Assembly (NCBI GenBank): GCA_036676985.1
Contig: JAKFBU010000067.1
Span: 15,706 to 79,705, forward strand
Length of the DNA stretch: 64,000 bases
Source of the DNA: Candidatus Sericytochromatia bacterium
GTDB lineage: Bacteria; Cyanobacteriota; Sericytochromatia; S15B-MN24; UBA4093
Direction of reading: 5' to 3'
The notes beneath the pieces are model-generated. The model made no database searches. It was not told the origin of the DNA and saw nothing but the letters and a program-made list of their open reading frames with translations. Every line of letters begins with the position of its first letter. Position 1 is the stretch's first letter. Position numbers and translations under genes: made by a program. This document shows, in pieces, positions 8,924 through 20,068 of this stretch.

Positions 8924-9361
8924 ATGTCCCCCCTCGAACCCTCGCCAACCGCTGTCCGCCGGGTCTTCCTCGTCGGAGGCGCCTTGCTGGGCTTCTTCCT
9001 GGCGACGCTCCTGGCCTTGATCTTCCTGACCGGGCCCAAGTACGAGGCGCCTTCGGGCCTGCGCGCGCCCTCGGGCTACGTCGAGGAGGAGTTCGCCCGC
9101 CGCATGGAGAAGGGGGGCCATGAGGTCGCGTACTTCTCGGGCGGGCAGGTGAGCGTGCTGGTGTCGGAAAAGGAGTGGGCGGAGCTCGGCGAGCAGGGCC
9201 GGTTCGCGCGACACCGCTTCCTCGCGGACGCCAAGTCGGCCCTGGTGGCCGTCCAACGCGAACGTGGGGACAAGACCCTCTACGTCATGTCCGTGAAGAG
9301 CGCCGATGACCGCCGCCTGCTCGCCGAGGAGACGGACTTCAACCCCAAGTTCTATGACTAG
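8924..9361 (+). CDS. Hypothetical protein with N-terminal membrane anchor
   Basis: AAAGGA RBS; hydrophobic VFLVGGALLGFFLATLLALIFL; abuts the ABC ATPase gene. Confidence 0.7.
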   Translation: MSPLEPSPTAVRRVFLVGGALLGFFLATLLALIFLTGPKYEAPSGLRAPSGYVEEEFARRMEKGGHEVAYFSGGQVSVLVSEKEWAELGEQGRFARHRFLADAKSALVAVQRERGDKTLYVMSVKSADDRRLLAEETDFNPKFYD

Positions 9362-9362
9362 C

Positions 9363-10100
9363 ATGACGCCCGCCATCCGGCTCGACGGCCTGGTGAAGCG
9401 CTACGGCTCCCTGCGCGCCGTGGACGGCCTCTCCTTGACCATCGAGTCCGGCGAGTTCTTCGGCCTCCTGGGCCCGAACGGCGCCGGCAAAACCACCACC
9501 ATCAACTGCATCGTCGGCCTGAGCACGATCCAGGGGGGCAAGGTCGAGGTCTGCGGCCACGACGTGGTCAAGGACTACCGGGCGGCGCGCCGCTGCATCG
9601 GCCTGTCGCCGCAGGAGTTCAACTTCGATCGGTACCTGACCATCCGGGAGGTGCTCCTCTACACGGCGGGCTACTTCGGCATCCCGACCAAGGTGGCCGC
9701 GACGCGGGCGGACGAGCTCCTGAAGCGCTTCGATCTCTACGGCAAGAAAGACCAGAGCTTTACCAAGCTCTCGGGCGGCATGAAGCGTCGCCTGAGCCTC
9801 GCGCGGGCGCTCATCTACGAGCCCCGGGTGCTGATCCTGGACGAGCCGACGGCAGGCGTGGACGTGGAGCTAAGGCTCGAGCTATGGGACCTCATGCGCG
9901 AGCTGAACAGCCAGGGCATCACCATCGTGCTCACGACCCACTACCTGGAGGAGGCCCAGCGCCTCTGCAAGCGGATCGGGATCATCAACCACGGGCGCCT
10001 CATCACGCTGGAGCCCACCGAGACGCTCATGGCCAAGTACGGGGAAGGCAAGAGCCTGCAGGACATCTTCCTGGAGCTTACGGGGCGCGCCAATGGTTAA
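9363..10100 (+). CDS. ABC-2 transporter ATP-binding protein (YadG-like)
   Basis: GPNGAGKTT, LSGGMKRRL, LILDEPTAGVD, TTHYLEEA. Confidence 0.93.
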   Translation: MTPAIRLDGLVKRYGSLRAVDGLSLTIESGEFFGLLGPNGAGKTTTINCIVGLSTIQGGKVEVCGHDVVKDYRAARRCIGLSPQEFNFDRYLTIREVLLYTAGYFGIPTKVAATRADELLKRFDLYGKKDQSFTKLSGGMKRRLSLARALIYEPRVLILDEPTAGVDVELRLELWDLMRELNSQGITIVLTTHYLEEAQRLCKRIGIINHGRLITLEPTETLMAKYGEGKSLQDIFLELTGRANG

Positions 10101-10857
10101 CTGGATCGGGCTGTGGACGCTCATCAAGCGCGAGTTCAAGCGCCTGATGATGATCATCAACCAGGCGCTCTGGCCGCCGATGATCTCGACGCTGCTGTAC
10201 TTCTTCATCTTCGGGCTGGGGCTGGGCAGCCGGATCCAGACGGTGGACGGCGTGCCCTACCTGGTCTTTCTGGTGCCGGGGCTCGTGGCCATGAACGTCA
10301 TCGAGACCTCGTACTCGGAGACCTCGGCGTCCTTGTTCAACACGCGCTTCACCAACAGCATCCAGGAGGTGCTGGTGGCGCCCTTGTCCTACGTGGAGAT
10401 GGTGCTCGGCTTCGTGTTCGGGGCCATGGTGCGGGCGTTGCTCATCGGGAACCTGCTCATGGGCATCGGCTGGCTCGTGACGGGGGCGCATCCGACGAAC
10501 TGGCTCTTGTACCTGACGATGATCACGGTGGTGTCGGCGGGCTTCGCGGGGCTGGGGCTGATCCTGGGGCTGGCCGCGGAGACCTGGGACAACCTGGCCA
10601 TCCCGATGACGTTCTTCATCACGCCCCTGGTGTTCTTCGGGGGGGTGTTCACGTCGATCCACTTCCTGCCGGAGCAGGTGCAGCCGTTCGTGAAGCTGAA
10701 CCCGTTGTTCTACCTCATCGACGGCTTCCGGGCGTCCATGACCGGGCGGTTCGAGGCGTCGTTGGGGGCAGACCTGGCGGTGACGTTCGGGCTGGCGGCC
10801 GTGACGCTGGTGACGGCGGTGACGCTGTTCCGGCGGGGGTACAAGCTGCGGACTTAA
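10093..10857 (+). CDS. ABC-2 transporter permease (YadH-like)
   Basis: PPMISTLLYFFIFG, YLVFLVPGL, FFITPLVFFGGVF, LNPLFYLIDGFR; overlaps the ATPase stop. Confidence 0.93.
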   Translation: MVNWIGLWTLIKREFKRLMMIINQALWPPMISTLLYFFIFGLGLGSRIQTVDGVPYLVFLVPGLVAMNVIETSYSETSASLFNTRFTNSIQEVLVAPLSYVEMVLGFVFGAMVRALLIGNLLMGIGWLVTGAHPTNWLLYLTMITVVSAGFAGLGLILGLAAETWDNLAIPMTFFITPLVFFGGVFTSIHFLPEQVQPFVKLNPLFYLIDGFRASMTGRFEASLGADLAVTFGLAAVTLVTAVTLFRRGYKLRT

Positions 10858-10897
10858 GGGGGCGGGAGTCTCACGAGTCCCGACGGATCTGCCCCCC

Positions 10898-11013
10898 CAT
10901 CCCCCCCTGCTAGGGGGGGCATTCGGCCCCCTAGCGGGGGCAAATTGAAAGTGGAAAGCTTTCGTCCGCCTGCGAAGCAGGCCACAAAAAGCCCCCCCTA
11001 GCAGGGGGGGATG
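10898..11013. repeat. REP/MITE-like element with perfect 23-bp terminal inverted repeats and a shorter internal copy
   Basis: catccccccctgctagggggggc (10898-10920) and gccccccctagcagggggggatg (10991-11013); internal gccccctagcgggggc at about 10926-10941. Confidence 0.75.
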
Positions 11014-11037
11014 AGGGGGTGGAACGAGCCGCGCCCC

Positions 11038-11583
11038 CTAGAGCGCCACACGCTCCGTCTCCTCTTCCGACGGCTCGTCCGGCAACGGATCCAGCGCGAA
11101 GGTCCCCACGATGCGCTCGAGGTCCTTCCGCACGCTCGCAAACGTCTTCTGGTCCGCGCTGCAGTTGATGGCGTAGCCCGTCCCGCCGCGCACCACGAAG
11201 TATTCCAGCGTCGAGAAGCTGATCTTGCCCATGCGCCCCGAGAACACGTACCAGGTCGCGGGCGAGCCCGCGACCGTCGTCGTCCCCTGCTCCTGCGACC
11301 GGAAGTCCGAGAACATCTCCTCGAACGCCGCCATGCCGAGCTGCCCGTAGGACTCTGAGGTCGCTCCCAACCCGAGCAGGTCCGTGCACACGTTCACCCG
11401 CGCCTGCGTCCGGGGATCATAGGCGAAGACCAGCGTGCCCGCGAAGTTCTCGCGCACTAGCCAGCCCACCGGAAAGTCGATGGTAAAGCCCTGCTCCGGA
11501 TGGTAGTACCGCGTGCCGTCGGCCATGGCCGGAGCCGCCAGAACCAAGGTAATCGCGAGCCCGAGGCCCAACTCCTGGCGCAT
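11038..11583 (-). CDS. Secreted PsbP/DcrB-like protein
   Basis: Signal peptide ending APAMA; GFTIDFPVGW; TTVAGSPA; GTGYAINCS...F......ERIVGTF. Confidence 0.65.
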   Translation of the reverse strand: MRQELGLGLAITLVLAAPAMADGTRYYHPEQGFTIDFPVGWLVRENFAGTLVFAYDPRTQARVNVCTDLLGLGATSESYGQLGMAAFEEMFSDFRSQEQGTTTVAGSPATWYVFSGRMGKISFSTLEYFVVRGGTGYAINCSADQKTFASVRKDLERIVGTFALDPLPDEPSEEETERVAL

Positions 11584-11654
11584 GCCGGCTCCTTTCGCAC
11601 ATGAAGACCCCCGAACCGAGGGTTCGGGAGTCTCGTACCCCGCGAGGAGACGGG

Positions 11655-12083
11655 CTATGCGTGGCCGCGCTGGCAGAGCTCCAAGAGCACGCCATGCGTG
11701 CTCTTGGGATGCACGAAGGCGATGAGTGCCCCGCCCGCGCCCACGCGCGGCTTCTCGTCGATGAGCTGGCAGCCCCGCGCCTTGAGGTGCTCCAAGGCCG
11801 CCGCCACGTCCTGCACGCCGAGGGCCACGTGGTGGATGCCCTCGCCCCGCTTCTCGAGGAACTTGGCGATGGGGCTCTCGGGACTGGTGGGCTCCAGGAG
11901 CTCCAGACGGCTCTCGCCGACCATGAAGATGGCCGTGCGGACCTTCTGGTCCTCGACCTCCTCGGTCTCGTGGATGGGCAGCGTGAGCGTGTCCGTGTAG
12001 AGCGGCAAGGCCGCCTCCAGGCTCTTCACGGCGATGCCCAGGTGATCGATCTTGCCGATGGCCAACAGAGTGGGGTCGATCAT
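11655..12083 (-). CDS. mce: Methylmalonyl-CoA epimerase
   Basis: [38 protein letters not shown]; directly follows the mutase. Confidence 0.95.
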   Translation of the reverse strand: MIDPTLLAIGKIDHLGIAVKSLEAALPLYTDTLTLPIHETEEVEDQKVRTAIFMVGESRLELLEPTSPESPIAKFLEKRGEGIHHVALGVQDVAAALEHLKARGCQLIDEKPRVGAGGALIAFVHPKSTHGVLLELCQRGHA

Positions 12084-12084
12084 G

Positions 12085-13770
<1,686 letters not shown>

Positions 13771-13771
13771 C

Positions 13772-15535
13772 TTACTTCACCACTGCGAGCACCTGACCGC
13801 CTTCGACGGTCTGGCCCGGCTTCACATGCAGCTCGACCACCGTGCCCGCCACCGAGCTCGGGATCTCCGTCTCCATCTTCATGGCCTCGAGCACCACCAG
13901 GGGCTGGCCCGCCTCGACCGTCTGGCCGAGCTCCACCAGCACCCGCGAGACCGTCGCGTGCATGGGGGCCGTGAGCGAGCCGCTCGCCGCAGCCCCCGAT
14001 CCGGCCTTGCCGGTGCTGCCGGGGCGCTTGGGCTTGACGGCCGTCAGCATCTGCTGGCCGCCGATCTCGCTGACGGTCACGGCGAACAGCTCCTGGTTCA
14101 CGACCACCTCGAAGAGGCGCTCCGCCCCGCGGGCGCGCGGCTCGTCACCCGGAGGAACGGGCAGAGCTGCGGCAGGCGCGGGGGCGGCCAGCTGGGCGAG
14201 GTCCGCCTTGGTCAGATCCTGGCCGATGAAGTGGGTCGAGAGGTCGCCCGACACGAAGGCCGGGTGATCCAAGAGGGCCAGGTGCAGGGGGATGGTGGTG
14301 GGCACGCCTTCCACGACCATCTCCTTGAGGGAGCGCTTCATGCGGGCGATCGCCTCGGCGCGGTCCTTGCCCCAGGTGACGACCTTGGCGATCATCGAGT
14401 CGTATTGATCGGGGATGCGGTAGCCCGAGTAGGCGGCGTCGTCGATGCGCACGCCGGGGCCGCCCGGCCGCCGGTAGCGGGTGATGAGCCCGGGCGAAGG
14501 CCAGAAGTTCTGGCTGGGGTCCTCGGCGTTGACCCGGCACTCGATGGACCAGCCGCGCGGGGCGCGGGGCACCAGGAGCTCGGGGGCCATGGGCTCGCCC
14601 GCCGCGATCCGGATCTGCTCCTTGACCAGATCCACGTCGTAGACCATCTCCGTGACGGTGTGCTCGACCTGGATGCGGGTGTTCATCTCGAGGAAGTAGA
14701 ACGCGCCGTCCTGGAACAGGAACTCGCAGGTGCCCGCGCTGTCGTAGCCGACGGCCCGGGCCATGCGCACGGCGGCCTCCTGCATGGCCTCGCGCAATTC
14801 GGGCGTGAGGGCCACCGAGGGGCACTCTTCGATGAGCTTCTGGTGGCGGCGCTGGATGGAGCACTCGCGCTCGCCGAGGGCCACGCAGTTACCGTGCCGG
14901 TCCGCCAGCACCTGGATCTCGATGTGCCGCGGCTTGCCAAGGTAGCGCTCGATGAACACCTCACCCGAGCCGAAGTAGGCCTCGCCCTCGCGGATGCCCT
15001 TGGCGATCGCGGCCTCGAACTCCTCGGCACAGGTCACCACCTGCATGCCGCGCCCGCCGCCGCCCGCTGCCGCCTTGATGACGCAGGGGTAGCCGTGCTG
15101 GTCCGCGAAGGCGATGGCGACCGAGGCCTCCGTCAGGGCCTCGGTGATGCCGGGGACGACGGGCACGCCCGCGTCGGCGGCCATGCGTCGGGCGACCGTC
15201 TTGGAGCCCATGAGGGCGACGGCCTCGGGGTTGGGGCCGATCCAGGTGATGCCGCGCGCCGCGCAGTCCCGCGCGAAGTCCGCGTTCTCGGCCAAAAAGC
15301 CGTAGCCCGGATGGATGGCGTCCGCTCCGGCGCGCTCGGCGATGGCGAACAGGGTGGGCGTCGAAAGGTACGTGTCGGAGCCGAGGCTGTAGGCCTGGTC
15401 GGCGAGCTGGACGTGGCGTCCCTCGCGGTCGGCCTCGGTGTAGACCGCCACGGTGGGGATCCCCATCTCCTGGCAGGCGCGGATGATGCGGACGGCGATC
15501 TCGCCTCGGTTGGCGATGAGCACTTTCGAAAACAT
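13772..15535 (-). CDS. Acetyl/propionyl-CoA carboxylase alpha subunit (biotin carboxylase plus biotin carrier)
   Basis: [50 protein letters not shown]-terminal EAMKM biotin site. Confidence 0.95.
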   Translation of the reverse strand: MFSKVLIANRGEIAVRIIRACQEMGIPTVAVYTEADREGRHVQLADQAYSLGSDTYLSTPTLFAIAERAGADAIHPGYGFLAENADFARDCAARGITWIGPNPEAVALMGSKTVARRMAADAGVPVVPGITEALTEASVAIAFADQHGYPCVIKAAAGGGGRGMQVVTCAEEFEAAIAKGIREGEAYFGSGEVFIERYLGKPRHIEIQVLADRHGNCVALGERECSIQRRHQKLIEECPSVALTPELREAMQEAAVRMARAVGYDSAGTCEFLFQDGAFYFLEMNTRIQVEHTVTEMVYDVDLVKEQIRIAAGEPMAPELLVPRAPRGWSIECRVNAEDPSQNFWPSPGLITRYRRPGGPGVRIDDAAYSGYRIPDQYDSMIAKVVTWGKDRAEAIARMKRSLKEMVVEGVPTTIPLHLALLDHPAFVSGDLSTHFIGQDLTKADLAQLAAPAPAAALPVPPGDEPRARGAERLFEVVVNQELFAVTVSEIGGQQMLTAVKPKRPGSTGKAGSGAAASGSLTAPMHATVSRVLVELGQTVEAGQPLVVLEAMKMETEIPSSVAGTVVELHVKPGQTVEGGQVLAVVK

Positions 15536-15816
15536 GCGAAGAATCCTTCTGGGTCGCAAGGGGCGCGCGGAGGGCCGTTGCCCGGGACGCTAGGCCGCCC
15601 CGGCAGGCCTCCCATGATACCAGAAAGGGTCGATTGTCGCCGTGTGGCTAAGGCCGTTGCGACGCGCTCTTGCGCCGGCCCGCGCGGGCCCGGATCCGGC
15701 CGTCACTCCAGTCGGACATCCGAGCGTCATGCGCCCTGCGGCTTCCGGGTGGGGCCCAAGTTTTTTGGCCCTGTCGCCTTCCAAGCGAGGGCAGGCCCTC
15801 GCGTTAGGATGGACCA

Positions 15817-16047
15817 ATGATGCGCCGAGTTCGACGGAGCCCGAGGGCTCTCATGTCTATCGCTTGCCTTCTGGTGGGGGTGATGGGCGGCTGCCAGTCC
15901 CCCCCGTCGTCGGCCACCCGGCCCAATGGCGCCCCGCCGAGGGTCCTCGATCCCGACGGGGAGTGGCGGTTCAAGGCCTATCGCAACTATTCCCCGTCCC
16001 CGGCGGCGTCGGCCTCCGCCCGGCCGGCGTCGGGGCCGAGACGCTAG
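15817..16047 (+). CDS. Small hypothetical lipoprotein
   Basis: Basic N-terminus, hydrophobic core, GGC lipobox-like site; Pro/Ser-rich. Confidence 0.45.
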   Translation: MMRRVRRSPRALMSIACLLVGVMGGCQSPPSSATRPNGAPPRVLDPDGEWRFKAYRNYSPSPAASASARPASGPRR

Positions 16048-16316
16048 CTCACAAGCCTGTCAATACCCGGGCGGGGCCTGTCCCCCATGGGACACCGAGC
16101 CCCCGCAGCGCTCTGCGTCGCGGGGGCTTCGTCCTGCTGACGCGCCTTTCGGCCTCCTGTGCGGCGCCAAGATTTGACGCAAAGCGGACGAACATTTAAC
16201 GAGCCGTTGATTTTCTTCGACAACCCTTAACTCGGCGCTCGGCATAATAGATGCGGACGAGCCGTCGCCCGGGGGATGGGCGAGCTCTTGGTCCACGCAC
16301 GATCCGGGAGGAACGC

Positions 16317-17654
16317 ATGTTCAACATCAACGATGTCACGGCTGCTGGTGGAACGGGCCCCTTGCGGCGCCCGGGTTCCCAGGATCCCGCCCAGGCTGCC
16401 GCCGAGGGTGTGGCTCCGACGGCCGCCGAGCTCACCGTTCCTGCGGCCGGGCCGGTGCAAGACCAGACCCAGACCGCGCCCGCCGGCGAGACGTCGGGTT
16501 ACGAGCTGGCCGCCACCCCGCTGGTCATCAACTCGGGCACGCCCGGAGCGCCGGCCGACGTGATCCCCGACCACATCAAGGACTACAAGGCCCCCCTCGA
16601 TCCCAAGAAGCTCACGGCCGACGACATGAACCGGTTCAACCTGGTTCAGCAGATCTTCCAGATGAAGACCGAGTCGGCGAGCGCCATCGCCAACGAGACG
16701 AACCACGACACTTCGGCCAAGGCGACGGCCCAGTCCAAGAAGGCGGACGCCCCGAAGAAGAAGAAGGGCGGCTTCTTCTCCAAGCTCAAGAACCTGGTCA
16801 TGAAGATCCTGCCCGTCCTGACCCTCATCACCATGTTCGTGCCCGGCCTGCAGGTCCTCTCGATGGCGCTCAAGGTGGCTCAGATGGCCATGAAGGCGAT
16901 CCAGATGATCGAGGCCCTCAAGAACGGCGACTGGAAGGCCGCGCTCGGCTCGATTGCCGGCATGGCGGCCTCCTTCGGCGGGCCCATCGGCGAGATCGCC
17001 AAGTGGGGCTCCAAGGGCATGGAGGTCCTCAACGCCGTCGAGAAGGGCGGCCTGGCGGGCGGCCTGAGCGCCATGGGCGGCCTGGTCGGCGGCGAGGTCG
17101 GCGGCTACCTGAACACGGCGGCCAAGGCCGTCACCGCCATCGAGAGCGGCGACCCGATGGCGATGCTCGACGCCGTCGGCGGAGACGCGCTCAAGGGCCT
17201 GGTGGACGAGAAGACCATGGGCATGCTCAAGGATGCGGTGGGCGTGGCCAACGGCATCGTCAAGGGCGACGCCGCGGCCGCTCTCGCGAGCCTCGGCTCG
17301 GCGGCGGGGGCTGCGGGCATCGAGGGGGCGGACACCCTCAAGTCCATCGGCTCGGTGGTCGACGCCTACAACTCGGGGGATGTCTCCAAGCTCTACGATG
17401 CGGTCAAGGGCACGGGCGTGCTCCCGGACGGCATCACCAAGACGCTCGACGGGGCCGTGCCCCAGGCGATGGCCGCCTACAAGGCCTTCGAGTCGGGCGA
17501 CCTGGGCGAGATCATGCGGGTGGCGGGCGACGCCATGCCCGAGGATTTCAAGAAGACGATCACCGAGGCTTTCAACAGCGAGAACCTCAACCAGGTGGAC
17601 GATCTGCTGGGCCTCAACACCGCCACGCCGAGCGGCGGCGCCGTCACGGCCTAG
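16317..17654 (+). CDS. Hypothetical helical-repeat protein with internal basic-amphipathic-hydrophobic segment (translocator/pilot-like)
   Basis: GGAGG RBS; strong codon bias; KKKKGGFFSKLKNLVMKILPVLTLITMFVPG; about 7 A-h-x-(S/K/N)-G-D repeats; no Sec signal. Confidence 0.85.
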   Translation: MFNINDVTAAGGTGPLRRPGSQDPAQAAAEGVAPTAAELTVPAAGPVQDQTQTAPAGETSGYELAATPLVINSGTPGAPADVIPDHIKDYKAPLDPKKLTADDMNRFNLVQQIFQMKTESASAIANETNHDTSAKATAQSKKADAPKKKKGGFFSKLKNLVMKILPVLTLITMFVPGLQVLSMALKVAQMAMKAIQMIEALKNGDWKAALGSIAGMAASFGGPIGEIAKWGSKGMEVLNAVEKGGLAGGLSAMGGLVGGEVGGYLNTAAKAVTAIESGDPMAMLDAVGGDALKGLVDEKTMGMLKDAVGVANGIVKGDAAAALASLGSAAGAAGIEGADTLKSIGSVVDAYNSGDVSKLYDAVKGTGVLPDGITKTLDGAVPQAMAAYKAFESGDLGEIMRVAGDAMPEDFKKTITEAFNSENLNQVDDLLGLNTATPSGGAVTA

Positions 17655-17674
17655 GCCTCTACCGGAAGGGACCT

Positions 17675-17706
17675 CACGACGGGGGCGCTGCGGCGCCCCC
17701 GTCGTG
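17675..17706. terminator. 14-bp stem-loop after the repeat protein
   Basis: cacgacgggggcgc-tgcg-gcgcccccgtcgtg. Confidence 0.7.
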
Positions 17707-17719
17707 TTAGCATGGCGCC

Positions 17720-18808
17720 ATGACGCAACCTTCCCCGATGCCCGGCGCGCTCCTCGCGTGGTTTGACGACCACCAGCGGCCCATGCCCTGGCGCGAGACG
17801 CGCGACCCTTACCACATCTGGATCTCGGAGGTCATGCTCCAGCAGACCCAGGTCGCCACCGTGATTCCCTACTTCGAGCGCTTCACCGCCCGCTTCCCGA
17901 CGGTGGGGGACCTGGCGGCGGCCCCCCTCGACGACGTGCTCAAGCACTGGGAGGGGCTTGGCTACTACTCGCGTGCGCGCAACCTCCAGAAGGCCGCCCA
18001 GCAGATCGTCACGGAGCACGGGTCCGTCTTTCCGGATGACTACGCCGCCATCCGGGCCCTGCCGGGCGTCGGCGACTACACGGCGGGGGCCGTCGCGTCC
18101 ATCGCCTTCAACCTGCCCGAGCCCGCCGTGGACGGCAACGTCTTCCGGGTGCTCGCGCGGCTCTTCCTGATCGCGGACGACATCGCCCAGCCCCGGTCGC
18201 GCCGCCGCTTCGAGGCGGTGGCCCGCGAGCTCATCCCGCCCGGAGAGGCATGGCGTTTCAACCAGGCGCTCATGGAGCTCGGGGCGACCGTGTGCACCGC
18301 GGCGAACCCGCGCTGCGGCGAGTGCCCCGTGGCCGCGTGGTGCCAAGCGCGCGCGACCGAACGGGTGCGTGAGCTGCCCGTCAAGTCGAAGAAGACGGTC
18401 GTCAAGGAGGTGGAGTTCCTCGTGGGGGTGGTCCGGGATGCGGAGGGCCGCTACCTGATCACGCGCCGTCCTGCCAAGGGGCTGCTCGGCGGGCTATGGG
18501 AGTTCCCGACCGTCGAGGCGGCGGGGCCCGCGGAGGCCGCGGCGCTCGTGGCGTGGTGGCGAGCGGCCTTCGGGGCGGAAATCGCGGCCGCGACGAAGCT
18601 CTTGAGCGTGCCGCACCTGTTCACGCACCGCAAGGCCCTGTTCCATGCCTTCACGGCGGAGCTCGCGTTAGGAGCGCCGGTGCCCGCGAGCCGCGAGGAC
18701 CAGCGCTGGGTGGCGCCGGACGAGCTCGACGGGTTCGCCTTTCCGCTCGCGCACAACAAGATCCGCCAGGCCCTGGGTCGGCCGGAGCAGCTGGGGCTCA
18801 ACTGGTAG
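17720..18808 (+). CDS. mutY: A/G-specific adenine glycosylase
   Basis: WISEVMLQQTQV, GLGYYSRARNL, LPGVGDYTAGA, VDGNVFRV, FeS motif C-X6-C-X2-C-X5-C, C-terminal NUDIX-like GLWEFP. Confidence 0.96.
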   Translation: MTQPSPMPGALLAWFDDHQRPMPWRETRDPYHIWISEVMLQQTQVATVIPYFERFTARFPTVGDLAAAPLDDVLKHWEGLGYYSRARNLQKAAQQIVTEHGSVFPDDYAAIRALPGVGDYTAGAVASIAFNLPEPAVDGNVFRVLARLFLIADDIAQPRSRRRFEAVARELIPPGEAWRFNQALMELGATVCTAANPRCGECPVAAWCQARATERVRELPVKSKKTVVKEVEFLVGVVRDAEGRYLITRRPAKGLLGGLWEFPTVEAAGPAEAAALVAWWRAAFGAEIAAATKLLSVPHLFTHRKALFHAFTAELALGAPVPASREDQRWVAPDELDGFAFPLAHNKIRQALGRPEQLGLNW

Positions 18809-18853
18809 GACCGGCCTCCGTCACCCATAGACCGGCGCGGAGGCCGGTCCTAC
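18805..18853. repeat. GTAG-type REP doublet / bidirectional terminator
   Basis: GTAGGACCGGCCTCCG-N17-CGGAGGCCGGTCCTAC, a perfect 16-bp inverted repeat between convergent genes. Confidence 0.65.
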
Positions 18854-18865
18854 TGGAAGTTGGTT

Positions 18866-19117
18866 CTACTCGTTGCGGGCGATCGCGGCCAACTCCGCGC
18901 GCACGGCCATCTGGGCGGCGATGTAGCCGGAGAGGATGCCGTCCTCGAAGTTGTACTGGGAGTCCTGGTCGAGCTCCGGGAAGTCGTGCGGGTTGAGCAC
19001 GTCGTCCGGGGTGATCTGCGGGTTGATCTCGCGGGCGATGCGCAGCACCTTGGCGCGTTGGGACTGGATCATGGCCTCGAACAGGGCTTCGAAGCGGTCG
19101 AACGGGATCTCGGTCAT
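18866..19117 (-). CDS. Small hypothetical helical protein (83 aa)
   Basis: MTEIPFDRF...PDDVLNPHDFPEL...FEDGILSG; AGAGGA RBS; host-like codon usage. Confidence 0.75.
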   Translation of the reverse strand: MTEIPFDRFEALFEAMIQSQRAKVLRIAREINPQITPDDVLNPHDFPELDQDSQYNFEDGILSGYIAAQMAVRAELAAIARNE

Positions 19118-19214
19118 GGGGGTTCCTCTCTGTGCGGGCATGATACCACGCAAGCGAGCGCCCCTTTTCCGCTGCGGGCCGAGATCGTAGCATGGTCGAT
19201 CGAAGGAGAGCGCC

Positions 19215-20021
19215 ATGCCCGAGCTGCCCGAAGTCGAGACCATCCGCCGCGATCTGGCCCCCCTCCTGGAGGGGCGCACCATCACCCGGGTCACCGAGGC
19301 GATCGCCGACCCGCACTACCGCCAGCTGGCCGATGCCGTGGGCCGCACCATCCATCGCCTGCGCCGCCGCGGCAAGTACATGATCGCGGACCTGGGCGAT
19401 CGCGAGCTGGTCGTGCACCTCGGCATGACGGGCCAGGTGGGCGTCATGGCCGCGGTGCCGCCCGAGCTCAGGCACGTCCACGTGCGCTTCGACCTCGACG
19501 ACGGGACGGTCTTCTTCTTCAACGACCAGCGCCGCTTCGGCTACCTGATGGTGGTGGAGCCCGGCGACTACCGGGAGATCCCGACGCTCGCGGCCATGGG
19601 CCCCGAGCCGCTCGAGCCCGAGTTCGCCTTCGAGCCCTTCGCCCGGGCCATGGCGAAAGCCAAGACCGTCAAGCCGCTCCTCTTGAGTCAGCGGGTGGTG
19701 GCCGGCCTCGGCAACATCTACGTGGACGAGGCCCTGCACCGGGCGAAGCTGCACCCGGAGCGCGGCGCGCTCACGCGCCCCGAGGCGCGCCGCCTGTACG
19801 ACGCCATCCGCGCGGTGCTCGCCACGGGCATCGCGAACCGGGGCACGACCTTCAAGGACTACCGGGACGGCATGGGCCGCTACGGCACGAACCAGGCCTT
19901 CCTGTGGGCCTTCGACCAGGAGGGCAAGCCGTGCCGCATGTGCGGCGGACTCATCGAGAAGACGCGGGTCGGCAACCGCGGCACCTACCTGTGTCCGCGT
20001 TGCCAGCGTGCCAAGCGCTGA
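19215..20021 (+). CDS. mutM: Formamidopyrimidine-DNA glycosylase / AP lyase
   Basis: MPELPEVET, RRGKY, HLGMTG, DQRRFG, GLGNIYVDE, zinc finger CRMC...CPRCQ. Confidence 0.96.
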   Translation: MPELPEVETIRRDLAPLLEGRTITRVTEAIADPHYRQLADAVGRTIHRLRRRGKYMIADLGDRELVVHLGMTGQVGVMAAVPPELRHVHVRFDLDDGTVFFFNDQRRFGYLMVVEPGDYREIPTLAAMGPEPLEPEFAFEPFARAMAKAKTVKPLLLSQRVVAGLGNIYVDEALHRAKLHPERGALTRPEARRLYDAIRAVLATGIANRGTTFKDYRDGMGRYGTNQAFLWAFDQEGKPCRMCGGLIEKTRVGNRGTYLCPRCQRAKR

Positions 20022-20068
20022 GGCATGGCCTATAATCCGGTAGACACGCGCTTGGGCAGGAGGTTTAC

